Below, piece by piece: positions 52,788-63,614 of a stretch of DNA of 64,000 bases. The notes beneath the pieces are model-generated. The model made no database searches. It had not been told where the DNA came from and saw only the letters and a list, made by a program, of their open reading frames with translations. Position numbers and translations under genes: made by a program. The DNA comes from Trichormus sp. ATA11-4-KO1. Its GTDB lineage: Bacteria > Cyanobacteriota > Cyanobacteriia > Cyanobacteriales > Nostocaceae. Position 1 is the stretch's first letter. Each line of letters starts with the position of its first letter. The DNA lies in contig JAHHIM010000003.1 of NCBI GenBank assembly GCA_019358915.1, positions 32,001 to 96,000 of the forward strand. The letters are read 5' to 3'.

Positions 52788-53651
52788 ATGCGTCGAGATT
52801 CGATATTTTATAAACTGTTTCAGCAATCACCCAGTTTGTTATTTGAACTATTGACAAATCCACCGAGTAATGCAGATGAATATATATTTGATTCAGTAGC
52901 AGTCAAAGAACCAAAATTTGAGATTGACGGGGTATTTTTACCACCACAAAATCAAAGTCCTGGGGTGGTGTATTTCTGCGAGGTGCAATTTCAAAAAGAC
53001 GAAAGGCTTTACGAGAGAGTATTTGCGGAATCTTGGTTATATTTCTACCGCAACCGTGACAGGTTTAGTAATTTACAAATAGTGATAATTTACCCATCCC
53101 GGAGTCTGGAACAGAGCGAGATTAATCCTTATCTCAGTCAACTCAACAGCCCCCAGGTCAATCGGATATATTTGGATGAGTTGGGTGATATTCGCTCTTT
53201 ACCCTTGTGGGTTGCATTGATGGTATTAACTACGCTGGAGGAAGAACGCACTACTGAGGAAGCAAGGTATTTGTTAGCGAGAAGTCAGCAGGAAGCACCT
53301 CAAGCCGAAAATCGTGCCATCATAGATTTATTAACAACGATAATGGTTTATAAATTTGAAGGCAAGAGTCAACGGGAGGTAGAAGAGATGTTGGGAATTA
53401 CACTCCAAGAAACCCGCGTTTACAGGGAAATTAAGCAAGAAGGAATACAAGAAGGAGAACAAAGAGGATTACAAAGAGAAAAATTGCTCGTTTTGCGTCT
53501 ATTAACCCGTCGCGTGGGAGAGTTACCGCAAGATGTTCGTCAGTGTGTTGAATCTCTTTCTTTGGAACAATTAGAAAATCTCGGCGAAGCGTTGCTTGAT
53601 TTTACCAATATGACCGATCTACAAGCTTGGTTGGAAGCATTTGAAAGTTAA
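52788..53651 (+). CDS. Rpn-family (DUF2887 + DUF4351) recombination-promoting nuclease/putative transposase, copy 1
   Basis: MRRDSIFYKLF, IDGVF, EVQFQ (PD-(D/E)xK-like), LEQLENLGEALLDF...AWL. Confidence 0.88.
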   Translation: MRRDSIFYKLFQQSPSLLFELLTNPPSNADEYIFDSVAVKEPKFEIDGVFLPPQNQSPGVVYFCEVQFQKDERLYERVFAESWLYFYRNRDRFSNLQIVIIYPSRSLEQSEINPYLSQLNSPQVNRIYLDELGDIRSLPLWVALMVLTTLEEERTTEEARYLLARSQQEAPQAENRAIIDLLTTIMVYKFEGKSQREVEEMLGITLQETRVYREIKQEGIQEGEQRGLQREKLLVLRLLTRRVGELPQDVRQCVESLSLEQLENLGEALLDFTNMTDLQAWLEAFES

Positions 53652-53867
53652 GTGATAACTGTTAACTATTATTTAGTTTTCCCCAGCTAGTTTTTTGGGG
53701 TTCCGCTTCTCTCCACTCAACCTATGCTCGGATTGCGATCGCCTATATTAATTATGGTTCTTTCGGTAGTTTTATGGTGAATATTAAAAGCTTGGTTGGA
53801 AGCACTCTATCAGTGAGATAATCAATCACAAATTTTTGATTATCATGCCGATTTTGGCAAATTTCTC

Positions 53868-54734
53868 ATGCGTCGAGATTCGATATTTTATAAACTGTTT
53901 CAGCAATCACCCAGTTTGTTATTTGAACTATTGACAAATCCACCGAGTAATGCAGATGAATATATATTTGATTCAGTAGCAGTCAAAGAACCAAAATTTG
54001 AGATTGACGGGGTATTTTTACCACCACAAAATCAAAGTCCTGGGGTGGTGTATTTCTGCGAGGTGCAATTTCAAAAAGACGAAAGGCTTTACGAGAGAGT
54101 ATTTGCGGAATCTTGGTTATATTTCTACCGCAACCGTGACAGGTTTAGTAATTTACAAATAGTGATAATTTACCCATCCCGGAGTCTGGAACAGAGCGAG
54201 ATTAATCCTTATCTCAGTCAACTCAACAGCCCCCAGGTCAATCGGATATATTTGGATGAGTTGGGTGATATTCGCTCTTTACCCTTGTGGGTTGCATTGA
54301 TGGTATTAACTACGCTGGAGGAAGAACGCACTACTGAGGAAGCAAGGTATTTGTTAGCGAGAAGTCAGCAGGAAGCACCTCAAGCCGAAAATCGTGCCAT
54401 CATAGATTTATTAACAACGATAATGGTTTATAAATTTGAAGGCAAGAGTCAACGGGAGGTAGAAGAGATGTTGGGAATTACACTCCAAGAAACCCGCGTT
54501 TACAGGGAAATTAAGCAAGAAGGAATACAAGAAGGAGAACAACGGGGACGAGAAGCGGAAGCGTGTCAACTGGTTATGCGTCTATTATCCAGAAGGTTAG
54601 GGAAATTACCGCAGGAGGTGCGTCAGTGCGTTGAATCTCTTTCTTTGGAACAATTAGAAAATCTCGGCGAAGCGTTGCTTGATTTTACCAATATAACCGA
54701 TCTACAAGCTTGGTTGGAAGCACTTGAAAGTTAA
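53868..54734 (+). CDS. Rpn-family protein, copy 2
   Basis: Identical to copy 1 through ...QEGEQRG, divergent C-terminal block. Confidence 0.88.
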   Translation: MRRDSIFYKLFQQSPSLLFELLTNPPSNADEYIFDSVAVKEPKFEIDGVFLPPQNQSPGVVYFCEVQFQKDERLYERVFAESWLYFYRNRDRFSNLQIVIIYPSRSLEQSEINPYLSQLNSPQVNRIYLDELGDIRSLPLWVALMVLTTLEEERTTEEARYLLARSQQEAPQAENRAIIDLLTTIMVYKFEGKSQREVEEMLGITLQETRVYREIKQEGIQEGEQRGREAEACQLVMRLLSRRLGKLPQEVRQCVESLSLEQLENLGEALLDFTNITDLQAWLEALES

Positions 54735-55013
54735 CTGATAACTGTTATTTAGTTTTTCCCAGCTAGTTTTTTGAGGTTTCATTTCTCTCCACTCAACCTA
54801 TGCTCGGATGGCGATCGCCTATATTAATTATGGCTCTTCGGTTCATTTTATGGAGTTGAATAATAAATAAAATCTAATCATAGCCTGTGTTCCTTGCTGT
54901 GACTGGATTTTAAATTTTTGAGACTTTCCATTAAACTGCGATTTTAATGCCGTGCCATAAAACCAACGCAAGAACCTTAATTATTTTGTGTTCGCTAATT
55001 TCATCTTCTCCAT

Positions 55014-55502
55014 TTAGCAGCCAAATTCGACAATTTTGCTGAGGGCAAACCAAGTGCGATCGCCCACAATACCATCTATTGCTAAACGATGGCGGCATTG
55101 AAAAGATGTAACTGCTGCTTCTGTATCTGATCCGAATTCTCCATCACATTCGCCTGTGTAGTCGCCTGCAAACAATAGTCTTTGCTGTAAAGCTTGCACT
55201 AATTCGCCTTGGCTACCTTTGTGAAGCGTCGGTAAATCAACAGGGCCACCATGCTCAAGTGCCTGCCAAGTTTTATACCCAACAACTCCGTCTTCCGGTA
55301 AAAAAACACGGTGTTGAAATAAAATCACACCCCCAGTCGTCTCTTGTCCAAAGATCCCATCAATGGGAGCAGAATAAATCAGGTAACTTCTCAACAGTCG
55401 TTGTAATTTTTTAACTGCCTCACCTGTAGCACCTTCCCTGAGTATCGGTTGATTTCGAGGATCAGTGCCATTAGATGGATTAGTAATGAATGTCATTTTC
55501 AT
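55014..55502 (-). CDS. Protein with two peptidoglycan-binding (PG_binding_1) domains
   Basis: LREGATGEAVKKLQ..DGIFGQET..FQ..DGVVGYKTW and LHKGSQGELV..DGEFGSDT..DGIVGDRTW; GGAG RBS. Confidence 0.88.
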   Translation of the reverse strand: MKMTFITNPSNGTDPRNQPILREGATGEAVKKLQRLLRSYLIYSAPIDGIFGQETTGGVILFQHRVFLPEDGVVGYKTWQALEHGGPVDLPTLHKGSQGELVQALQQRLLFAGDYTGECDGEFGSDTEAAVTSFQCRHRLAIDGIVGDRTWFALSKIVEFGC

Positions 55503-55721
55503 TACTCCTTGTTCACTCGTATTTGATAGATTCTTACAATGTAGTTTTATTGACTCTGATAAAACTTCACCCAATTTGAGTAACTATGTACTATCCAAGT
55601 GGTTCACCCGGTTGTAGGAAGACAAGGGGAAGTGATTTTCCTCATGACCAATGACTAGCGAAGGTTGGTAGGATGGGAAAAATCCGAAGATTTGTGCTAC
55701 AACTGGGAGTTATTTTTTGAT

Positions 55722-57029
55722 ATGACTGTTCTTCAAGATGCTTCGTTCCTGATTGCGATCGCCCAAAAAACCCGCCAAGCTGCTAGTAAGTTGGCACTTC
55801 TCTCGACTGATGCAAAAAATCAAGCAATTGCAGCGATCGCCCAAGCTTTAGAATCATCCCAGGATGAAATTTTGCAGGCAAATATCGCTGATTGTCAAGC
55901 GGCATCGGCTGAAGGTATTGCCAAACCATTGTATAAGCGCTTGCAATTAGATGAACATAAATTACGAGATGCGATCGCTGGGGTGCGAGATGTCGGTAAA
56001 CTAGCAGATCCAGTGGGTCAGGTGCAAATACACCGCGAACTTGATCAGGGTTTGGTTCTCAAGCGGATAACTTGTCCTTTGGGTGTTTTGGGGATTATTT
56101 TTGAAGCACGTCCAGAGGCCGCAATTCAAATTGTCTCGTTGGCAATTAAGTCAGGTAATGGTGTAATTCTTAAAGGCGGTAAGGAAGCGATTCGTTCTTG
56201 CGAAGCCATAGTTAAGGCAATTAAGCAAGGATTATCTCACACTGCTGTTAATCCTGATGCTGTGCAATTGCTGACTACTAGAGACGAAACTAGAGAACTG
56301 TTAAATTTAGATAAATATGTAGATTTAATTATTCCTAGGGGTTCCAATTCATTTGTAAAATTTGTCCAGGATAATACCCGCATTCCCGTATTAGGACACG
56401 CTGACGGAATTTGTCACTTATATATAGATAAAGCTGCTGATATGCAAAAAGCAGTGAGTATTACAGTTGATGCTAAAATTCAATACGCCGCAGCTTGTAA
56501 TGCTATTGAAACCTTGTTAATTCATCAATCAATAGCCGCCGAATTTATCCCCAAAGTTGCTGAAGCTTTGCAAGCTGTGGATGTGGAATTAAAAGGTGAT
56601 GAACGCACTTTAGAAATTTTACCTAATCTTGCCCCGGCAACAGCAATAGATTGGGAAACAGAATATAGCGATTTAATTTTGTCTATTAAAATTGTAGACT
56701 CTATCTCAGAGGCGATCGCTCATATAAATACATATGGTTCTCGGCATACCGATGCCATTATTACAGAAGATTTAGCTGCTGTAGAAACCTTCTTTGGACT
56801 TGTCAATGCTGCTGGAGTATTTCACAATTGTTCTACCCGTTTTGCTGATGGTTTCCGTTACGGTTTCGGCGCAGAAGTAGGAATTAGTACTCAACAAATG
56901 CCTCCCCGCGGCCCAGTCGGTTTAGAAGGATTGGTAACCTACAAATATCAAATGACTGGTGATGGTCATATTGTCGCTACTTACACTGGGGCCAATGCTA
57001 AATCCTTTACTCATCAGGATTTAGTGTAA
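55722..57029 (+). CDS. proA: Gamma-glutamyl phosphate reductase
   Basis: [51 protein letters not shown]. Confidence 0.96.
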   Translation: MTVLQDASFLIAIAQKTRQAASKLALLSTDAKNQAIAAIAQALESSQDEILQANIADCQAASAEGIAKPLYKRLQLDEHKLRDAIAGVRDVGKLADPVGQVQIHRELDQGLVLKRITCPLGVLGIIFEARPEAAIQIVSLAIKSGNGVILKGGKEAIRSCEAIVKAIKQGLSHTAVNPDAVQLLTTRDETRELLNLDKYVDLIIPRGSNSFVKFVQDNTRIPVLGHADGICHLYIDKAADMQKAVSITVDAKIQYAAACNAIETLLIHQSIAAEFIPKVAEALQAVDVELKGDERTLEILPNLAPATAIDWETEYSDLILSIKIVDSISEAIAHINTYGSRHTDAIITEDLAAVETFFGLVNAAGVFHNCSTRFADGFRYGFGAEVGISTQQMPPRGPVGLEGLVTYKYQMTGDGHIVATYTGANAKSFTHQDLV

Positions 57030-57064
57030 ATCTACTCAAATAATTCACCTGAAAGACGATAGAA

Positions 57065-57087
57065 TTACACCGACAAGTACGGTGTAT
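57065..57087. promoter_or_regulatory. Palindrome between proA and the bestrophin gene (terminator or operator)
   Basis: TACACCG-ACAAGTA-CGGTGTA followed by a T run. Confidence 0.5.
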
Positions 57088-57114
57088 TTTTTCGTATTCT
57101 TGTGAGAATTTCGG

Positions 57115-57996
57115 ATGAATGTTGAAAAACTTAGTTGGTTTCGAGTGGCTTTACAACTAAAAGGTTCTGTAGTTCCTGCTATTTTTCTTCGACTAATTTT
57201 ATGTACTAGTTTAGGATTTATCATCTCTGTAATCCACTATTACGGCTATGATTTACCACAACAGGTTTTTAGTAGTGTAATTAGTAATGTAGCCTATAAT
57301 CTGGTCTTAGGTTTATTAATGGTATTTCGCACAAACACTGCTTATAGTAGATATTGGGAAGGACGGCAAATCTGGGGAAACATAATTATTAATAGTCTGA
57401 ATTTGGGCAGAAAGATTCGGCTATTGGTGGTAGAGAATGAATCTAGTGATCAAGCAAATAAAGCAGCAGCAGTCAGGTTATTAAATGCTTTTTCCATTGC
57501 CACTAAATTACACCTGCGCCGAATATCTGTTAATAGCGAATTAGAAATATTACTCACACCAGCACAATATTTAGCACTCAAAGACGCAACAAGTCCCCCA
57601 TTAAAAATTGCTTTATGGATTGGCGATTATCTCAAACAACAGCAAATGCAAAATTGCCTTACTACATTAGAATTAATAGAGATGAACACTTCATTAGATA
57701 AAATGGTAGAAGGATTCATCGGTTGTGAACGTATTTTAACAACACCTATTCCCCTAGCTTATACGATATATCTCAAACGAGTTTTATTAATATATTGCCT
57801 AATATTGCCATTCCAACTTGTATATAATTTAAATTGGTGGACAGCCCCCATAGTCGCAGTAATTAGTTTTATTTTGTTGGGTGTAGAAGAAATTGGTAAC
57901 CAAATAGAAAACCCTTTTGGTCTTGAACCCAATGATTTACCAGTAGATGAAATTTGTCAGAAATTAGGCAAAAATTTAGAAGATTTAAATGTGTAA
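57115..57996 (+). CDS. Bestrophin-family (UPF0187) channel
   Basis: VFRTNTAYSRYWEGR, CERILTTPIPLAY, IENPFG..NDLP. Confidence 0.9.
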   Translation: MNVEKLSWFRVALQLKGSVVPAIFLRLILCTSLGFIISVIHYYGYDLPQQVFSSVISNVAYNLVLGLLMVFRTNTAYSRYWEGRQIWGNIIINSLNLGRKIRLLVVENESSDQANKAAAVRLLNAFSIATKLHLRRISVNSELEILLTPAQYLALKDATSPPLKIALWIGDYLKQQQMQNCLTTLELIEMNTSLDKMVEGFIGCERILTTPIPLAYTIYLKRVLLIYCLILPFQLVYNLNWWTAPIVAVISFILLGVEEIGNQIENPFGLEPNDLPVDEICQKLGKNLEDLNV

Positions 57997-58208
57997 TTTT
58001 TTTAATTTCGGGAAGTTGCTAAAGCATCTGTATGTGTGGTTAAGAGCCTTTTTGCCTTGTATAAATTTATAATTTTACATGACTATTAAAATATCAATTT
58101 CAAGAATGTGGTTTTAACTACGATATGAAATTGAATTAGTAAGATAAACTAGCCGTATGCATGTCATCAAAATGCTGGCTTTTATCTAGTAGAAAAACAG
58201 GATCAGCC

Positions 58209-58445
58209 ATGAGTAGAGAAGTAGTTAAAGTAATATTATGGGAAGAAAAACAAAAAGATTATCTAAAAAAGTTTTATGACATACAATTTACTCCCAGAAT
58301 AGGAGAGGAAATTTACATAAACAAAGAAAATTGGCGAGTAACCAGAGTTGAGCATGATTTAGAAGTTAGTGAGATTAATGTCTATATGGAATTAATCAAA
58401 AAAGTGAAGCCGGAGAAATCATCTAACTCAGCAAATAAAATTTGA
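58209..58445 (+). CDS. Small hypothetical protein
   Basis: PRIGEEI...WRVTRVEH beta-rich pattern; followed by a hairpin. Confidence 0.6.
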   Translation: MSREVVKVILWEEKQKDYLKKFYDIQFTPRIGEEIYINKENWRVTRVEHDLEVSEINVYMELIKKVKPEKSSNSANKI

Positions 58446-58457
58446 TTTAGGATATTT

Positions 58458-58506
58458 TTCAGAAATGACGCGCCAAATCCTGGAATTTCGCCTGCGTCAT
58501 TTCTGA
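58458..58506. terminator. Hairpin downstream of the small gene
   Basis: TTCAGAAATGACGC...GCGTCATTTCTGAA. Confidence 0.6.
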
Positions 58507-58585
58507 ATCACTAAATATTCCCAATGAAACGAGTTTCATAGTCAAGGTATGAAAGAAGGACTAAAGAAACTTCTCTGCGAGACGC

Positions 58586-58624
58586 TCCCCTTCGACTTCG
58601 CTCAGGGTAAGCGCACTCAGCACT
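58586..58624 (-). repeat. Small dispersed repeat, inverted copy of 2910-2948
   Basis: TCCCCTTCGACTTCGCTCAGGGTAAGCGCACTCAGCACT. Confidence 0.8.
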
Positions 58625-58753
58625 TTCCCATCAGTAGGATTTTTGAGATTAGAGGTAATCCATCCTTTGTACAAAGAAAGCGAAAAACTTGTCATTTTCT
58701 TAGGTGATAACTTTCGGTACAATACATAAGCCTCATCCTTTTTCCTCAATATC

Positions 58754-59851
58754 ATGGGCAATACTTTCGGACATTTATTTCGCATCACTACATTTGGTGA
58801 GTCCCACGGTGGCGGCGTGGGGGTTGTAATTGATGGCTGTCCTCCACAACTGGAAATTTCCGCAGAAGAAATTCAAGTAGAATTAGACAGAAGACGACCG
58901 GGACAAAGCAAAATTACCACACCACGTAAAGAAGCTGATAGCTGCGAAATCTTGTCTGGAGTATTTGCTGGGAAAACTCTGGGAACACCCATAGCTATTA
59001 TGGTGCGGAACAAAGACACTCGTCCCCAAGACTATGACGAAATGGCCCAGAAGTATCGCCCTTCCCATGCAGATGCAACCTATGATGCTAAATATGGCAT
59101 TCGGAATTGGCAAGGTGGCGGTAGATCGTCAGCGCGTGAGACAATTGGTAGAGTCGCAGCAGGTGCGATCGCTAAAAAAATTCTCCGTCAAGTTGCCAAT
59201 ATTGAAATCATCGGTTACGTCAAGCGCATCAAGGATTTGGAAGGCGTAATTGATCCCAACACCGTCACCTTAGAACAAGTCGAAAGCAACATTGTGCGCT
59301 GTCCCGATGCCGAATGCAGCGATCGCATGATTGAATTAATTGAGCAAACTGGCAGACAAGGTAATTCCATTGGCGGTGTAGTAGAATGCGTAGCGCGGAA
59401 TGTGCCCAAAGGTTTAGGCGAACCAGTATTTGATAAATTAGAAGCCGATATTGCTAAAGGTGTCATGTCTCTCCCTGCTAGTAAAGGATTTGAAATTGGT
59501 TCGGGTTTTGCTGGGACGCTGTTAACAGGAATTGAGCATAACGACGAATTTTATATTGATGAAAATGGGGAAATTCGCACCGTAACTAACCGTTCTGGGG
59601 GAATTCAAGGGGGAATTTCTAACGGAGAAAATATAATTTTAAGAGTTGCATTTAAGCCGACAGCAACAATTAGAAAAGAGCAAAAAACAGTTACTAATGA
59701 GAAAGAAGAAACAGTATTAGCTGCCAAAGGTAGGCATGATCCTTGCGTATTACCCCGTGCAGTACCAATGGTTGAGGCGATGGTGGCCTTAGTACTGTGT
59801 GACCATTTATTAAGGCATCATGGGCAGTGTGGGGTGATAGGGGACAGGTGA
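58754..59851 (+). CDS. aroC: Chorismate synthase
   Basis: [40 protein letters not shown]. Confidence 0.97.
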   Translation: MGNTFGHLFRITTFGESHGGGVGVVIDGCPPQLEISAEEIQVELDRRRPGQSKITTPRKEADSCEILSGVFAGKTLGTPIAIMVRNKDTRPQDYDEMAQKYRPSHADATYDAKYGIRNWQGGGRSSARETIGRVAAGAIAKKILRQVANIEIIGYVKRIKDLEGVIDPNTVTLEQVESNIVRCPDAECSDRMIELIEQTGRQGNSIGGVVECVARNVPKGLGEPVFDKLEADIAKGVMSLPASKGFEIGSGFAGTLLTGIEHNDEFYIDENGEIRTVTNRSGGIQGGISNGENIILRVAFKPTATIRKEQKTVTNEKEETVLAAKGRHDPCVLPRAVPMVEAMVALVLCDHLLRHHGQCGVIGDR

Positions 59852-59998
59852 TAGGCTTTGCCGTTTCAGCCGTGTTAAAAAATGTCTAAATATTTATGCT
59901 GAGGTACTTATGGGGACAAATAAAACATTAAGATTGTGACCAGATCCAAAGTCTTCTACACTGACTGGATAAGTTTTAACTATCAACAGCCCCTTGCG

Positions 59999-60889
59999 AT
60001 GGTCAACGATTCTGAATACATCAGGCAAGCTGAAGCCACTCGTGTACGCGTACTAAGCGAAGCACTACCTTACATTCAACAATTTACAGGCCGCACTGTT
60101 GTTGTGAAATATGGTGGTGCAGCAATGAAAGATAGCGTCCTGAAAGATAAAGTTATCCGCGATATTGTATTTTTATCCTGCGTTGGCTTGCGTCCCATTC
60201 TTGTGCATGGTGGTGGCCCAGAAATTAACAGTTGGTTAAATAAACTGGGCATCGAAGCGCAATTTAAGAATGGTCTGCGAGTCACAGATGCTCCCACCAT
60301 GGATGTGGTGGAAATGGTTTTAGTCGGTCGAGTTAATAAAGAAATTGTTTCTTTAATTAGCCGGGCTGGAGGCTTGGCGGTAGGACTTTGCGGTAAAGAT
60401 GGTAACCTGCTTAAAGCTCGTCCCCAAGATCAAGAAGGCATTGGTTTTGTGGGGGAAGTCAGTAATGTGAATATCAACATTTTGGAAACCCTCTCTAGTA
60501 ATGGCTATATTCCGGTAGTGTCTAGCGTAGCCACAGACGAGAAAGGACAAGCCTACAACATTAATGCTGATACTGTAGCTGGGGAAATCGCCGCCGCCCT
60601 AGGGGCAGAAAAGCTGATTTTACTAACCGACACACCAGGTATTTTAAAAGATTATCAAGACCCTTCTACCTTGATTCCTCAAGTAGATATTCGGGAAGCC
60701 CGCGAGCTGATTGCCAATGGTACCGTTAGTGGTGGGATGATTCCCAAAGTTAATTGTTGTGTGCGATCGCTTGCTCAAGGCGTAAGTGCAGCACACATTA
60801 TTGATGGTCGCATTCCTCACGCCCTACTATTAGAAATCTTTACCGATGGTGGTATCGGCAGTATGATTCTCGGTTCTAAATACTCCTAA
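59999..60889 (+). CDS. argB: Acetylglutamate kinase
   Basis: [36 protein letters not shown]. Confidence 0.97.
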   Translation: MVNDSEYIRQAEATRVRVLSEALPYIQQFTGRTVVVKYGGAAMKDSVLKDKVIRDIVFLSCVGLRPILVHGGGPEINSWLNKLGIEAQFKNGLRVTDAPTMDVVEMVLVGRVNKEIVSLISRAGGLAVGLCGKDGNLLKARPQDQEGIGFVGEVSNVNINILETLSSNGYIPVVSSVATDEKGQAYNINADTVAGEIAAALGAEKLILLTDTPGILKDYQDPSTLIPQVDIREARELIANGTVSGGMIPKVNCCVRSLAQGVSAAHIIDGRIPHALLLEIFTDGGIGSMILGSKYS

Positions 60890-60957
60890 GAGTGCTGAGT
60901 GCTTTCTAAGTGCTGAGTGCTTTCTAAGTGCTGAGTGCTGAGTGCTGAGTGCTGAGT
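60890..60957. repeat. STRR array (AGTGCTG)n with an 18-bp duplication
   Basis: AGTGCTGAGTGCTTTCTA twice, followed by tandem AGTGCTG units. Confidence 0.85.
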
Positions 60958-61010
60958 AAAAAACTAGTTCCTACTCACTACTTCACTACTCCCTATTACC
61001 TACTCCCTAA

Positions 61011-61520
61011 TCACCACCCTCTCCAATACCGCGAATTATTGATAATCACCCGCGATCGCCCTCTGAATGGTGTATGATACCGCGAATTATTGATAATCAC
61101 CCGCGATCGCCCTCTGAATGGTGTATGATACCGCGAATTATTGATAATCACCCGCGATCGCCCTCTGAATGGTGTATGGTGCCGCGAATTATTGATAATC
61201 ACTGGATTAACCAAGGTTGAGTCACGAATTATCGGATTAATTAAAGTTGGCTTAATTAACCTGGAATTATTGACCGTAGGATAAGAGTGATAGTGGCTAT
61301 TGCGACTTGGTATTAGTCCCGTCGCTGGGTCTACAGGCATGGGAGTAGGAATAGGACTACCATAAATAAAAGAACCAACAGCAGGTGGCTGACTAACTCT
61401 AGAAGCGCCATTAATTATGATGATGCGCTGGGCAAAAGCTGGGGTACTCATAGCACTCATTATTGCCAGAGTTATGCCTGCTCCTAGCCAATTCAGTTGC
61501 GAATGCTTAATTTTCAGCAT
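61011..61520 (-). CDS. Secreted protein with basic C-terminal 17-aa repeats
   Basis: Signal peptide (PAFA-Q), FIYGSPIPTP, repeated VIINNSRYHTPFRGRSR. Confidence 0.75.
   Translation of the reverse strand: MLKIKHSQLNWLGAGITLAIMSAMSTPAFAQRIIIINGASRVSQPPAVGSFIYGSPIPTPMPVDPATGLIPSRNSHYHSYPTVNNSRLIKPTLINPIIRDSTLVNPVIINNSRHHTPFRGRSRVIINNSRYHTPFRGRSRVIINNSRYHTPFRGRSRVIINNSRYWRGW
61026..61203 (-). repeat. Coding tandem repeat, ~3.5 x 51 bp, each full unit containing HIP1
   Basis: Unit ATACCGCGAATTATTGATAATCACCCGCGATCGCCCTCTGAATGGTGTATG. Confidence 0.9.
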
Positions 61521-61651
61521 ATTTTGCTCACCTGCATTTGATAACCTGAATTTTTATTAAGAAAATAGCCACAGCTACTTGGTTAAAATTTTAAAAGTTT
61601 ATCGAGTTGAATTTTGCCAGCTTTTAAAAAGATTCTAAAAAGATTCCTGGC

Positions 61652-62200
61652 ATGAACACAACTAAAGCAGAGCAAAACGTGAGTACAGAAACTTTAGAAA
61701 TTGCCAAAGTTCTCTACCAGAGCGGAAAACTTGCCTTTGAAAATGGAAAATATCGAGAGGCTGTAGAAAATCTGGAAAAGGCCAGCGCCTTGTTGTCTCG
61801 CAATTCTCGCCTTGGGGGTGAGGTGGAAATTTGGCTAGTGACAGCTTATGAAGCAGCTGGGCGCACAGAAGAAGCGATCGCCCTTTGTCAACAACTCCAA
61901 CGCCATCCCTTCCCAGAGACTAGTAAACAAGCAAAGCAATTACTCTACATTTTAAAAGCGCCAAAACTCCAACGACCAAGCGAGTGGATGACCGAAATCC
62001 CCGATTTAGGTACACTACCTGATAATGAGGCCAAAATTCGGGCATCTGGCAATCCTCGCAAATCTTCTGGACAAAAGACGACTGCTGAACCAGAATTGGT
62101 TGATCTTAGCCAGGTCAATACCAGAGATAATCGCTTTATCTGGGTGGCGTTAATTGTTATTGGGTTAACACTTTCTTACTTGGCTTGGTTGCGTTTTTAA
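61652..62200 (+). CDS. TPR-like protein with C-terminal membrane anchor
   Basis: YQSGKLAFENGKYREAVENLEKA, IWLVTAYEAAG; C-terminal TM. Confidence 0.8.
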   Translation: MNTTKAEQNVSTETLEIAKVLYQSGKLAFENGKYREAVENLEKASALLSRNSRLGGEVEIWLVTAYEAAGRTEEAIALCQQLQRHPFPETSKQAKQLLYILKAPKLQRPSEWMTEIPDLGTLPDNEAKIRASGNPRKSSGQKTTAEPELVDLSQVNTRDNRFIWVALIVIGLTLSYLAWLRF

Positions 62201-62281
62201 TCAACCTCTTGTAGATACCAACGTCGCCATGTTGTAGAAGTCAAGATTGGTTAAGATATTTGACTTTTTGGGAGAGATATA

Positions 62282-63178
62282 ATGATGAATTTTTCAATTC
62301 TCGGCCAGCTTTTAATAGGGTTGATCAGACCATTTAGTTTTGTGTTGACAAAAGTAAGATTTCTTCAACCACAAAAAAGTCGAAATCGGATGAATTCCAT
62401 CTTGCCGCTCAAAAATCCTATTTTGTGGCTGGTACTGTTAACATCGTTGCTGCTATCTGGTTGTGTTCAGTATGACGTAGGGGTGAACTTTGACAGTTCA
62501 AATCGTGGCGAACTGGTGCAGCACATTAAGTTGGGCGAACGACTTACCACTTTTAGTGGCGACTATGTATATGAATGGTTAAACAGCATAGAACGTCGCG
62601 CCCGTCAACTAGAAGGAAAAGCACAACGGCTTTCTCAAGAAGAAATTATTGTGAAGATTCCCTTCAGTAATGGTCAGGAGTTACAAGAGAAGTTCAACGA
62701 ATTTTTTAACTCTCGTGCTAATCAAAAAGCTGAAGCTGTACCAAGCGAATCTGAATCAGAACTACCAAAAATTGAATCTAACTTACTCCTAGATCAAAAC
62801 AATTTTTTACTGTTAGTCAAGAATCGCTTAATTTATGATTTAGACTTGCGATCGCTCTCGCTGATTGCCAGTAAAGGTAACGTCCTCGCTGATCCTGGGT
62901 CAATTCTCGATTTGGAATTTAGCTTAAAAACCCCTTGGGGAGCAAGGAACATTCAACAAACAGAAACTGCTATTCAGCCAGAAAAAAAAGGCAAGCAATT
63001 GATATGGCAACTCAGACCTGGTGAACTTAACCACATAGAAGTAGTTTTCTGGTTACCTAGTCCCCTCGGTATTGGTAGTTTGTTGATTATTCTGTTTATC
63101 TGGGGAGGAATTTATCTCAGATACACTTTCATGCCAGATCCCAGAATTCAGTTTTCTCCCAAAGCAGCTACAGAATAA
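62282..63178 (+). CDS. DUF3153-like lipoprotein
   Basis: LLLSGCVQYDV, YDLDLRSL, WQLRPGELNHIEVVFWLPSPLGIG. Confidence 0.75.
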   Translation: MMNFSILGQLLIGLIRPFSFVLTKVRFLQPQKSRNRMNSILPLKNPILWLVLLTSLLLSGCVQYDVGVNFDSSNRGELVQHIKLGERLTTFSGDYVYEWLNSIERRARQLEGKAQRLSQEEIIVKIPFSNGQELQEKFNEFFNSRANQKAEAVPSESESELPKIESNLLLDQNNFLLLVKNRLIYDLDLRSLSLIASKGNVLADPGSILDLEFSLKTPWGARNIQQTETAIQPEKKGKQLIWQLRPGELNHIEVVFWLPSPLGIGSLLIILFIWGGIYLRYTFMPDPRIQFSPKAATE

Positions 63179-63285
63179 ATAGACCAATTAATTTAGCGAT
63201 CGCGTGTGGTTTGCTTATGGCAAAAGATGCGATCGCTCCCTAGATTATCTTGAATATCTGCAACAAGAAATCAGTAGGTATCGCA

Positions 63286-63438
63286 ACTAATCCTTTCTTT
63301 GTGAGCCAGTTGCTACAAGTCGGCGGAGCCGCCCAAAGCACTGGCTTGTCTTTGTGCCTTTGTAGTTCAAAAGTCATTTGTTTAACCACTAAGACACCAA
63401 GACACCAAGAGAAACACATTACACCTTGAAAGGGCTAG
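63286..63438 (+). mobile_element. Composite MITE-like repeat, copy B
   Basis: Left end ACTAATCCTTTC, right end CACCTTGAAAGGGCTAG; body matches 46722-46853. Confidence 0.8.
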
Positions 63439-63614
63439 GTAATCTCAGAAGTATTATAATCTGCCACAAATACCGTGTATTCCGGTGAAAGATAGTCTGC
63501 TTTCACTAATTTTTACTTGGTTTACGAGGAAATTTTCCCTAGCAAGTTTACAAAAATCCGTAATCTCCCGGTTACGACTTGAATAAAGCTTTAGTCACAA
63601 CTACGGGAGATTAC

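Larger units (their letters stand above)
52744..54853 (+). repeat. Tandem direct duplication, 1080-bp period
   Basis: ~52756-53462 reads identical to ~53836-54542; upstream and downstream non-coding flanks are also homologous. Confidence 0.92.

Noticed and set aside
52788..54734. Diversity-generating retroelement (template/variable repeat) explanation for the Rpn pair
   Set aside because: No reverse transcriptase in the window; differences are not adenine-specific and include an indel.
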